From positions 377,968-441,967 of the forward strand of contig JAOPTT010000002.1 in assembly GCA_051531975.1 (NCBI GenBank): a stretch of DNA of 64,000 nucleotides. Reading direction: 5' to 3'. A program made the position numbers and the translations under genes. This stretch comes from Spirochaetaceae bacterium (GTDB lineage: Bacteria > Spirochaetota > Spirochaetia > DSM-2461). Numbering within the stretch: position 1 is the first letter of the stretch; the number at the start of each line of letters is the position of its first letter. This document shows positions 19,623 to 28,858 of the stretch, piece after piece. Below the pieces are notes generated by a model. The model saw nothing but the letters and a program-made list of their open reading frames with translations, ran no database searches and was not told the DNA's origin.

Positions 19623-20810
19623 TTACGTAGACGAATGGTTAAATGCTGCGGATACAAATAGTAATATTCCCTTAATAAGAACGTCTTCTGGAAAATCAAA
19701 ATCTGAAGCATGTAATGCCGGTGTCTCATCTCCGAGTCCAAGCAGGATCATGGCTCCAGCCTTCTTATCTGTATAAAAAGAGAAATCTTCCGAGACTGTT
19801 TTTGCATGAGTTTCATTAATTACTCCCGGTATCTCTTTATATTGTAATGAGGCTTCTTTCAGGATTTGATTTAAATTACTCAGAAATCCACCATCATTGA
19901 AAACAGGTTTATAATATTTGGAGATATATTCTGTTTTAACAAGGCAGCCAGTATCTTTTTCTATCTTTGATTCTATTTTGGTAAATAGTTCTTTAACTAA
20001 ATCAAGATGTTCCATTTTGTAATATCTTATAGTCCCTCTAATTTCTATGGTGTCAGGGATTATATTATCACTGGAACCTCCGTTTATTCTGCACGAGGAT
20101 ATAATAACTTTGCCCTTAAGATCCGTGCTCATTTTTTCTATTTCATTTATTATTGTTGCAGCAGAGGGGAAAGGACTCAATCCATTTTGAGGTAATCCTC
20201 CATGAGTAGCTTTTCCTCTAATTACTGTTGAAAACGTTGCAAATGCAGAAAAAAAGGGACCCCCTTTTGAGAAAAGCTGCCCTTTGTTTAAATGAGGCCA
20301 GCCATGAATTGCCAGTACATTTTTAACGTTATGCAATATTCCAGCTGAAACTAGTTTAGAACCTCCACATTCAATCTCTTCTGCAGGTTGAAATACAAAC
20401 CTAACAGGGCGTGGCAGGGGATATCCATTTTTAATCAGTCTGTCTATAATAAGCGCAGCACCAGAAAGCATACTCATATGCCCATCATGCCCGCAACTGT
20501 GTGCAGCACCTTTATTTATTGATTTATACGGTTTGTTACCCGTTTCATCCTGGCACAGTGCATCCATATCAGATCGGAGAAGAAGAGCTTCTTGCTTAGA
20601 AGTATCCCCAAAATCAAATACGATATCTGTTTCCAGGTACGGTTTATGAATATTGATATTGCAATCACCTAGTACTTCAATTAGCCGTCTTCTTGTTTCA
20701 AACTCATTCCAGGCAGTTTCCGGATTTTTATGGAGTTCTTTTCGTAATTTTTTAATTTCAGGTAATAGTTTGTCTATCTCATCATTGAGAGCCAGGTAAA
20801 AATTATTCAT
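19623..20810 (-). CDS. M20D family amidohydrolase
   Basis: ELHKNPE, RSDMDAL, HSCGHDGH, FQPAEE and SEDFSFY motifs. Confidence 0.92.
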   Translation of the reverse strand: MNNFYLALNDEIDKLLPEIKKLRKELHKNPETAWNEFETRRRLIEVLGDCNINIHKPYLETDIVFDFGDTSKQEALLLRSDMDALCQDETGNKPYKSINKGAAHSCGHDGHMSMLSGAALIIDRLIKNGYPLPRPVRFVFQPAEEIECGGSKLVSAGILHNVKNVLAIHGWPHLNKGQLFSKGGPFFSAFATFSTVIRGKATHGGLPQNGLSPFPSAATIINEIEKMSTDLKGKVIISSCRINGGSSDNIIPDTIEIRGTIRYYKMEHLDLVKELFTKIESKIEKDTGCLVKTEYISKYYKPVFNDGGFLSNLNQILKEASLQYKEIPGVINETHAKTVSEDFSFYTDKKAGAMILLGLGDETPALHASDFDFPEDVLIKGILLFVSAAFNHSST

Positions 20811-20825
20811 TTAATTATTTTCTCC

Positions 20826-21713
20826 TCACAGGATACATTCTCCATCATGAATAAGAATTCCAAATCCTAAACCAGCAGAACCGCCTTGTTTCAGCCATTT
20901 CACCATGTATTTTTGCATTGCTGTGTGTTGTGGAAGATGTTTTGGATCACCTGTATATGGTACCCCAAATAGCCTCCAGGCATCAGAAAACTCAACATCC
21001 TTTCTATTCTCAATAATATCCCAATCATCCATAAATCGAACAGTATTGAGACTTGCAGGGAAGATTTTCCTGTTTTCTTCATAGAGTAGCCAAGTATCAC
21101 ATATACAGATCAAATGACTGGAATCTGATGCTCCCACAAGGATTTCATAGGCTTTTTTATAACTTTCATATCTTAGCTCTTCTGTTAAAGGACCACTGGA
21201 TGGGATATGAACTGAATAGACTACATCACCCTTTTTGACTGATACACCTTTTTTAACATAGAGATCTTTAGGATAGACATTCCGCTCATATTGCAATCTT
21301 CCAATAGTGACTATATTGAGTCTGAATAATCTCGAATACCAGCTCATTCTAATTATACCGAGAACGTCTTTTCTAACCTGACATTCTTTTGCCTTATATT
21401 TCAAATCAATGATGCTGTCCCAAAACAACTGTTCTCCATAACCACGATTCATATATTCATCCTTCAGTCGCTCAGACGCTACTGCTAGAAATATGAAGTT
21501 AATCGTATAAAGGTCAATATTAGACTTTTCTGAGATTACTGTCAGAATTGATTCAATCTCTTCGGAAGAGAAGTTTGAATTGTAAAAGGTCTCAATTGCT
21601 ATGAATATATCTTTCTTATACTCATTCAGTATTTTATCTCCAACATCAATAAGGTACTCATAATCTTCTGTAAGAAATTCAAATCGCTTAAGTAAAGCAT
21701 CATAATAATCCAT
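20826..21713 (-). CDS. N-acyltransferase-like protein (NAT_N + GNAT_C / DUF5596-type)
   Basis: IGRLQYE, SVHIPSSGPL, CDTWLL and TAMQK motifs typical of this family. Confidence 0.75.
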   Translation of the reverse strand: MDYYDALLKRFEFLTEDYEYLIDVGDKILNEYKKDIFIAIETFYNSNFSSEEIESILTVISEKSNIDLYTINFIFLAVASERLKDEYMNRGYGEQLFWDSIIDLKYKAKECQVRKDVLGIIRMSWYSRLFRLNIVTIGRLQYERNVYPKDLYVKKGVSVKKGDVVYSVHIPSSGPLTEELRYESYKKAYEILVGASDSSHLICICDTWLLYEENRKIFPASLNTVRFMDDWDIIENRKDVEFSDAWRLFGVPYTGDPKHLPQHTAMQKYMVKWLKQGGSAGLGFGILIHDGECIL

Positions 21714-22012
21714 AATAATATTCCCCTTTAATCTGTTTAATTTTTATGTCGTAGCTAAAAATAGTCACATAATTGTGAATCGAACAATTAAATGAATCGC
21801 TCCATCCTATGAATATACATATCTTAGTCCCCTTATTAGTTTGCTGTAAATCCTCATATCCATTCATCATCTTCAAATCATTAATAATCAAATAAATTGA
21901 TGATTACCAAACAATTTGGAGATGATTGGAAGAAAATATTACAATATTTTACTCTAAACTCTGACTATTATGGGGTTCTATAAAGTCATGAAATTTAATT
22001 ATTGAGTATTTA

Positions 22013-22110
22013 TATATTCTTATTTTACGAAATCTTACCTATCAAAATATATTACTTGACAATACGGTTAATCGGATCTAATTTATAAAACCAACCGGTT
22101 GGATTTAAAT
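22013..22110 (+). promoter_or_regulatory. promoter plus palindromic operator, copy 1
   Basis: TTGACA 22056-22061, 17-nt spacer, TAATTT 22079-22084, operator TAAAACCAACCGGTTGGATTTA 22086-22107. Confidence 0.85.
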
Positions 22111-22221
22111 TTAAACATTAAAGTATTGTTACATGATTTGCATGGAAGAGTATCAAAGATTTAAATTTGTATGTTCTTGAATTTATCATATATAAAAATA
22201 CTTATACAAAAAGGAGACACT

Positions 22222-25200
22222 ATGAAAGTAAAGAAATGGTTAGGACTATCTCTATTATTGGTTATGATTCCATTTGTTACAATGGCAATGGGATTTAAAG
22301 AACTAGAGGTTGTAAAACCAATGTTGTTAGATGTGCAAGCAGTAACAGTAAGTTCAGATGATGGAAATGTTCCAGAAAATGTTTTAGATGGAAATCTGGC
22401 TACAAGATGGTCTGCCCAGGGTGATGGTGAATGGTTAACTTGCGATTTGGGTATATCCATGGAAGTTGGATATATTGGTATGGCTTTCTTTAAAGGCAAT
22501 GCTCGACAAACAAGATTTGATGTTGAGTTGTCAGAAGATGGAAAGGCATGGAAATCTGTTTTTTCCGGAGAGAACAGCGGAAAAACAATTTTAAGCGAAG
22601 CTTTCGATATAGAAGACGGCACAGCTCGGTATGTAAAGATAGTATGCCATGGAAATACAAGCAATGACTGGAATAGTATAAATGAATTAAAAATTTATGC
22701 ACCAGCTTCGAGTCCGATTTTAGTGCCAGAAGCATTAACACTGACGCCAAAAACAGTAAGCTCAAGTTCGGATGATGGAAATCTTCCATCGAACACACTT
22801 GATGGTGATTTAAATAGTCGATGGTCAGCACAAGGTGATGGAGAATGGATAAAATATGATTTGGGAAAAGCTTTAGAAGTTTCTTATATAAGTCTAGCAT
22901 TCTTTAAAGGTAATGCACGTCAGACTAAATTTGATATTGAATTATCAGAAGATGATAAAACATGGATAAAAGTTCTTTCAAGTGAAGGTAGTGGAACAAC
23001 CGTTTATAGCGAAGCATTCGATATAGAAGATGCAAGTGCTCGTTATGTCAAACTTGTATGCCATGGAAACACAAGTAATGATTGGAATAGTATTAATGAA
23101 GTTAAAATTTATGGTCCAAATCCAAAGAATGAATTAATTTTAGCTCCAGAAGCAATAATGATTACTCCAAAAGCTGTAACCTCAAGTTCGGATGATGGAA
23201 ATCTACCAACAAACACAATAGATGGAGACATTGCCTCAAGATGGTCAGCTCAAGGTGATGGAGAGTGGATTGCTTATGATTTTGGAAAAGCTTTAGATAT
23301 TGGATATATTGGAATTGCGTTCTTTAAAGGAAATGCACGACAGACAAAATTTGATATTGAATCTTCACAAGATGGAAAAACTTGGTCACCGCTTTATTCT
23401 GGTATGAACAGTGGAATTACATTAAAAATTGAAGAAATAGATATAGAAGATGCAGCAATTCGACATATTCGAATAACAGGCCACGGAAATACAAGTAACG
23501 ATTGGAATAGTATAAACGAGGTTCAATTCTATTCTCCTAATCCTTCTGGAAATATCATTATTCCTTCTGGAACAAAAAAAATAGAGATACCAGATACTAT
23601 TGTTTATACTCAACCTGGTTTTATAAATCCAGATGGAACAGTTCATGAAATTCATACACCAAATCCTGTTACTGGAAAAACAATTAGTGTAGCTGAATTT
23701 GGAGTTGATCTTGCTGATAATGGTAACAATGATGTTCCTGCTATACAAAAAGCAATGGATTCGGCAGTAGCTGGAGACGAAGTTTATTTTCCAGCAGGTA
23801 TTTACAACCTTAATAGTGGAGTTTCAAACGATAAAACTTCTCATATAATGCTTAAATCTGGTGTTAATGTTAGAGGAGAAGAACAGGATAAAGTTATTTT
23901 ATTATCTAATTTCTCAAAAGAAGAAAATAATAAACTTAGTACTCAAGTATTTAGAGCTACAGGTGTTCATGATATCTATATATCAAATGTATCTATAACA
24001 TCTACTTTTGATGGCAAATATTCCACAGTTCCAGATCAAAAAAATCCGGATGCAGATGGTCCATTATATGGGGTTTTTATTCAGGGATCTTCCGGAATTC
24101 CTACTAGTAAAATAACAGTTGAAAATGTATCAATCGAAAAATTTCAACGTTATGCTGTAAGAATTGGGAAAAGTCATGATGTAACTATTCGAAATATATA
24201 TGTAACAAATGCTACAGATGTTGGTGGCGGTGGAGCTGGTTATGGCGTAAATATTCAAGGTGAAGGTCATGGTGTTAACCGAGTTGGATATAAAGATGAT
24301 AGTCGTTATAATTTAGTTGAAAATTCCAGGTTTATCGGTCCATATATGAGACATGGTGTTGGTATGTCATATTACACCCATAATAATCTTGTTCGAAATA
24401 ACTATTTTGAAACACATGTATATGATCCAATTGATATACATGGAGAAGATGAATATCTCAATGAAATATATGGAAATGAAGTACGTGATATACCTTTTGG
24501 TTCAGGGATTGGAGTTGGTAATACAGGTTTTCCACATGATTCTTCCGGTTCTTTTAATTATATTCATGATAATACATTAATAAATTGTCGTGAAGGTATT
24601 AAAGTTTATCTTAATACACCAGATACCATAATAGAAAATAACATAATCACTAGTACAACAATGGCTAGTGCTGTTGGTATTCTTATTTTGAATGGTCCAA
24701 GAACAATAATTAGAGGGAATAAAATCAATGACAATCCTGGTAAAAACTTTACAGGAATTAAACTTGATCATGATGACGGAACACGAGGTGAGTTCGATGG
24801 TGATCCAAAAGATGTTCAAATTTTAAATAACGAGATATATAATAATGATTATGGTATTAGAATCCTGGCTGCAGAACGTACAATCATAAATGGTAACAAC
24901 GTTCATGATAATAAAATTGAAAATATTTTCGAAGCCGTTCCAAATGTACCTGCAACAAAAGCATCTGCTACAAAAGGTTTATCGCCAGATGTAATGATGA
25001 TCTGTGATTTTGAGCCTACAGAAGAAGTTTTTGATATATTTAATCAGGACAATGAGGGAATAGTTATACCTCCTGGAAAAGAGTATGATTATAAAAAAGA
25101 ACAAGTTAAATCTGGAGAATACTCATTAAAATGGGAAGATATGGTAACTATAAATAGAATAGTTACTAAGGATCTACAAGAAAATGATTGGTCAAAACAC

Positions 25201-25485
25201 AACTATTTATCTTTCTGGGCATATTCAGAAAAAGCTACTAATTCAGGATTTACTTTTATATGTAACTCGGAAGGTGGATATTTCTATTTTAAAACTTTTA
25301 TTGATTGGAAAGGTTGGAAGTTGATAGAAGTACCCCTTGATAAATTCAAGACTTCAAAATCCCCTGTTGGTTGGAATATAATTAATTCAATAAAAATAGC
25401 ATCAACAGGATGGAGCATGACTCCAGATCCAACAGCAGTTTTACATGTTGATCAACTTTTATTAAGTAAAGAATCAATCAAGTAA
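22222..25485 (+). CDS. secreted modular glycan-active enzyme: 3x F5/8 type C (CBM32), right-handed beta-helix domain and C-terminal CBM-like domain
   Basis: Signal peptide; three SSDDGN...RWSAQGDGEW...GNTSNDWNSINE repeats; AIQKAMD..GDEVYFPAGIY beta-helix cap and Asn-ladder repeats; start ATG 22222 after AGGAG. Confidence 0.88.
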   Translation: MKVKKWLGLSLLLVMIPFVTMAMGFKELEVVKPMLLDVQAVTVSSDDGNVPENVLDGNLATRWSAQGDGEWLTCDLGISMEVGYIGMAFFKGNARQTRFDVELSEDGKAWKSVFSGENSGKTILSEAFDIEDGTARYVKIVCHGNTSNDWNSINELKIYAPASSPILVPEALTLTPKTVSSSSDDGNLPSNTLDGDLNSRWSAQGDGEWIKYDLGKALEVSYISLAFFKGNARQTKFDIELSEDDKTWIKVLSSEGSGTTVYSEAFDIEDASARYVKLVCHGNTSNDWNSINEVKIYGPNPKNELILAPEAIMITPKAVTSSSDDGNLPTNTIDGDIASRWSAQGDGEWIAYDFGKALDIGYIGIAFFKGNARQTKFDIESSQDGKTWSPLYSGMNSGITLKIEEIDIEDAAIRHIRITGHGNTSNDWNSINEVQFYSPNPSGNIIIPSGTKKIEIPDTIVYTQPGFINPDGTVHEIHTPNPVTGKTISVAEFGVDLADNGNNDVPAIQKAMDSAVAGDEVYFPAGIYNLNSGVSNDKTSHIMLKSGVNVRGEEQDKVILLSNFSKEENNKLSTQVFRATGVHDIYISNVSITSTFDGKYSTVPDQKNPDADGPLYGVFIQGSSGIPTSKITVENVSIEKFQRYAVRIGKSHDVTIRNIYVTNATDVGGGGAGYGVNIQGEGHGVNRVGYKDDSRYNLVENSRFIGPYMRHGVGMSYYTHNNLVRNNYFETHVYDPIDIHGEDEYLNEIYGNEVRDIPFGSGIGVGNTGFPHDSSGSFNYIHDNTLINCREGIKVYLNTPDTIIENNIITSTTMASAVGILILNGPRTIIRGNKINDNPGKNFTGIKLDHDDGTRGEFDGDPKDVQILNNEIYNNDYGIRILAAERTIINGNNVHDNKIENIFEAVPNVPATKASATKGLSPDVMMICDFEPTEEVFDIFNQDNEGIVIPPGKEYDYKKEQVKSGEYSLKWEDMVTINRIVTKDLQENDWSKHNYLSFWAYSEKATNSGFTFICNSEGGYFYFKTFIDWKGWKLIEVPLDKFKTSKSPVGWNIINSIKIASTGWSMTPDPTAVLHVDQLLLSKESIK
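22336..23540 (+). repeat. three tandem CBM32-coding repeats (periods 414 and 420 bp)
   Basis: TCRGATGATGGAAAT anchors at 22354, 22768 and 23188. Confidence 0.9.
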
Positions 25486-25531
25486 TAAATTTTAAATATT
25501 TTATATGACCTTTGTTTTAAGGGTTAATCAT

Positions 25532-25574
25532 ACGGAGTTGAAAGGTTGATTGTAATCATTCAATTCCGTTTTTT
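25532..25574 (+). terminator. intrinsic terminator after the beta-helix enzyme gene
   Basis: ACGGAGTTGAA...TTCAATTCCGT followed by a T run. Confidence 0.7.
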
Positions 25575-25590
25575 ATTTAATTAATATTCA

Positions 25591-25687
25591 TATATTCTTA
25601 TTTTAAGAAATCTACCCTATCAAAATATATTACTTGACAATTCGGTTAAACGGACTTAATTTAAAACCAACCGGTTGGATTTAAATT
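25591..25687 (+). promoter_or_regulatory. promoter plus palindromic operator, copy 2 (duplicate of 22013-22110)
   Basis: TTGACA 25634-25639, TAATTT 25657-25662, identical operator at 25662-25683. Confidence 0.85.
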
Positions 25688-25706
25688 AAGGAATTAAAGG
25701 TTACAT

Positions 25707-25805
25707 ATGTATAATAATTTTAATACAAGAGAAGGTATTACTATACCATCAATACTATTGGCATTAACAGAGAATCGAGCAAAATGGTTTAATAATAACG
25801 ATTGA
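25707..25805 (+). pseudogene. 32-codon ORF resembling the N-terminus of the DHDPS-like aldolase (relic or leader peptide)
   Basis: MYNNFNTREGITIPSILLALTENR vs KKGIVIPAMPLALTKDL of 39742-40797; shared ATTGGCATTAAC; AAAGG RBS. Confidence 0.6.
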
Positions 25806-25849
25806 AATCTCGTATATTTTCTCATACAATGTAATTTAGGAGAACAAAT

Positions 25850-26443
25850 ATGACAAAGGGTGAAATAACTAAAAAAAGAATACTGGATGCAGCGACTCTA
25901 GAGTTTTCACAACACGGTTTTGAAGGATCTAGAATTGCCAGAATTGCAGAAAATGCCCAGACAAATAAAGAACGTATATATGCAAACTTTAAAAATAAAG
26001 AGAACCTCTTCTCCCATGTATGGAGAGAGACTTATCAATTAATTGTAGATGAGGATCAAAGTTTTTTTAGCCTAAAAGAGGAAGATATTCCCAAGATGGG
26101 AGAGATAATCCTTAAAAAATATATGGAATTTCATGAGACCCACCCACTATTCTGGAGGATTTTCGCTTGGAAAAACCTGGTTAGCGATGGGGACAACACT
26201 GTAATAGAGGGATTAAAGAGCCCTGTTCATAACCATCTGAAAAAGCTCTACAACAGAGGGCAATCTCTTGGGACATTTAAAAGCGATGTCTCTTTTGAAA
26301 CTTTTATCTTTACAATTATCTCCATAACATTCACATTTTCATCAAACCGATCCACTATGAGCAAAACATTGGGTCTAGACTTCAACAGTAGAGAGATTAA
26401 AAACAACTATATTAAAGAGTGCTGTAAAATGCTCTTTAATTGA
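25850..26443 (+). CDS. TetR family regulator (RutR/NicS-like)
   Basis: RILDAATLEFSQHGFEGSRIARIAENA HTH; has its own TTGAAA-17-TACAAT promoter at 25802-25830. Confidence 0.92.
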   Translation: MTKGEITKKRILDAATLEFSQHGFEGSRIARIAENAQTNKERIYANFKNKENLFSHVWRETYQLIVDEDQSFFSLKEEDIPKMGEIILKKYMEFHETHPLFWRIFAWKNLVSDGDNTVIEGLKSPVHNHLKKLYNRGQSLGTFKSDVSFETFIFTIISITFTFSSNRSTMSKTLGLDFNSREIKNNYIKECCKMLFN

Positions 26444-26496
26444 CATATAAAATATCTAAGACTAAAATTATAATATCATACAACTGGAGATAGATT

Positions 26497-28710
26497 ATGC
26501 TCAAAAAGATCAAAGACTTTATTCTCTTAAGAACCTTTTTTTCTAAATTGATGTTAAGTTTTATTCTTATAATATTTATAGTATCTGCGGCCAACTATGC
26601 AACATACCAGATCTATAAATTTAAAATAAAATCAGAGATGGAGAAGACTGCCACAGAACTGCTGGTAAATGTAAGTAGCAGGTTTGATTCAATATTTCAA
26701 GATATCGAAGTTAATCTACTGAACCTCTATATAGAAAACTCTCTCTCTATAGAGTTTGGTAAAGAGAAAATATCAGATTATCAACAGAAGGTTATTACAA
26801 AAAAGTTTCAAAAATCAACTCTACAGGATTACGATGTAGAGACCCTACTGCTCTTGGAAGAGACCGACTTTGTCCTAACTATATATGGTGCCTATGGGAA
26901 AGATAATTTCTTTAAACGTTACTACTCCAGCGAACTCTATGACGAATCATTCTGGTCAAATGAGATGACCAAAAACTTTTCATACAAGTACTATAGCATT
27001 AAACCATTTACTGATCTGACACTATTTTCCACTGGGAAAACCAAAGATATTCTACCTGTAGTTTTCAAACCTATAGGTAATTCAAAATTCCTTCTTCTAA
27101 GTCTAATAGATTTTAACAAATTAGCGAGTATTGTAGATGATGGATACTTGGAAAATTTCTATATCATTTCCAAAGATGGTAGAATTCTATACCCTAGAAA
27201 TAGTGAGAGATCATCAGAGGAGTTAATAAAGGATAGTATATTCAACTACTCATCAGATCAAAGTGGATTCACCTATGTTAAGGTCTACACCAATAACTAT
27301 ATGCTGAAACGATCAAAAGCCTCGGGATATCTATTTATCATTATTATTTTAGCATCGTCTATTATAAGTTTTTTTATTGCTTTGGGCATAGTAAAAAATG
27401 TAGATTTAAAGGCAAAAATGATCTCTAATATCATAAAAACATCCGAGTCTCAAAGTGAAGATACAGAACTATTTAATCTTACTCGTTTAGGTAATAATGT
27501 GCGTAAAATTGTCTTGATGAACAGAAACTATCTTCAGGATATAGATGAAAAAACATCCCTATTGAAGACATATTTATTACAATCTGCAGTTAAAAATATC
27601 CGATTTAATATAGATGACATAAAAGACCAGATAAGCATTAATGGGGAGTATCTATTAATTAACTACAAACTTCACTTTACCCCTGAGTTTACACAACAGG
27701 TATACAACAGTGCTGGTGGAGCCGCTACTTTTATTAGAGAGATTATAGAGTTATATTCAAAAGAGTATTTCACTAACTGTTTTGCATTTCAGACGGAACA
27801 AGACTCAATAGTGACTTTAGTAGAGGTAGATAGTAGTAATCTAGATCTAGAACATATATTAGACTCTATAATTAGAAGATTGGATAATGAGCATGAATTT
27901 GTAAAGTTTACCATTGCATATAGCGAAGTCCACAATGAAATTAAAGAACTCAACAGTATCTATGAAGAACTACAGGAGATAATAAAACATCGTAGTATAT
28001 CAGATACGAATCAACTTATAAAGTATGAGAAAAACAGAGTTGTACCTACAAAGTTCAGACTCTCGATGCCTCAGTTGGAACAATTAATTTTATCCATAAA
28101 AAATTCAAACCTAGAGGAGTGCAAACATCAGATTGAAGTACTAATGGAGTATAACTTCAGAATTGGTGTTAAGGAGTATCACTTTCAAATGTTAAGTTAT
28201 GAAATTGTTAACTGCTTTATAAAAGTGCTATCTTCTCTTCTATATTTTAATATACCTCAGGAGATAAATAGAGCCATTTCATACAACAGATTTAAAGCCT
28301 TATACTCTATGGAGCAGTACAAAGAAGTTCTAGAAGAGATGGCTGAGATAGTAATAAACTATATACAGACCCATAAAACAGAAAGTGACTACATTGTAGA
28401 TTTTGTAAAAGAGTATTTAGAAGATTCCTATATGGATGCTGTATATGTTGAGATGTTAGCAGACAAGTTAAATATAACAAAAACCTACCTTTCGACCTAT
28501 TTCAAGAGTAAAACAGGTTCAAATCTAAGTGATTATATAAATAATTTTCGTATGAAGAAAGCGGTAGAAATCCTAGAGACTACAAATATTAAAATAAAAG
28601 ATGTAGGAATTAAAGTTGGTATACATAATACAAATACATTCATAAGAAACTTCAAAAAGATAACAGGGAAATCTCCAGGGGAGTATAGAAAGGATAGTTA
28701 TATAGTTTAG
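26497..28710 (+). CDS. membrane-anchored AraC family regulator (YesS-like)
   Basis: Two TM segments flanking an extracytoplasmic domain; C-terminal YLSTYFKSKTG...FIRNFKKITGKSPGEYR. Confidence 0.9.
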   Translation: MLKKIKDFILLRTFFSKLMLSFILIIFIVSAANYATYQIYKFKIKSEMEKTATELLVNVSSRFDSIFQDIEVNLLNLYIENSLSIEFGKEKISDYQQKVITKKFQKSTLQDYDVETLLLLEETDFVLTIYGAYGKDNFFKRYYSSELYDESFWSNEMTKNFSYKYYSIKPFTDLTLFSTGKTKDILPVVFKPIGNSKFLLLSLIDFNKLASIVDDGYLENFYIISKDGRILYPRNSERSSEELIKDSIFNYSSDQSGFTYVKVYTNNYMLKRSKASGYLFIIIILASSIISFFIALGIVKNVDLKAKMISNIIKTSESQSEDTELFNLTRLGNNVRKIVLMNRNYLQDIDEKTSLLKTYLLQSAVKNIRFNIDDIKDQISINGEYLLINYKLHFTPEFTQQVYNSAGGAATFIREIIELYSKEYFTNCFAFQTEQDSIVTLVEVDSSNLDLEHILDSIIRRLDNEHEFVKFTIAYSEVHNEIKELNSIYEELQEIIKHRSISDTNQLIKYEKNRVVPTKFRLSMPQLEQLILSIKNSNLEECKHQIEVLMEYNFRIGVKEYHFQMLSYEIVNCFIKVLSSLLYFNIPQEINRAISYNRFKALYSMEQYKEVLEEMAEIVINYIQTHKTESDYIVDFVKEYLEDSYMDAVYVEMLADKLNITKTYLSTYFKSKTGSNLSDYINNFRMKKAVEILETTNIKIKDVGIKVGIHNTNTFIRNFKKITGKSPGEYRKDSYIV

Positions 28711-28858
28711 TTATATTCAAATCGTTAGGTGTCCTAATATTTTAATGATTTTAAAAGTTTTTGGTGATTTACACCTAGATGAGCTGAGTTATGATTAAAG
28801 TATATTAAATCTGCTGCAGCAAGATTCGATGAAAAAATTAAAATTGGAGAAGATTATT

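Noticed and set aside
21700..21891. 63-aa minus-strand ORF
   Set aside because: No recognisable motif or RBS; may be decayed sequence but I cannot assign it
22336..23540. Repeats considered as a CRISPR array or a DGR template/variable pair
   Set aside because: They are in-frame CBM32 domain repeats; there are no spacers, cas genes or reverse transcriptase
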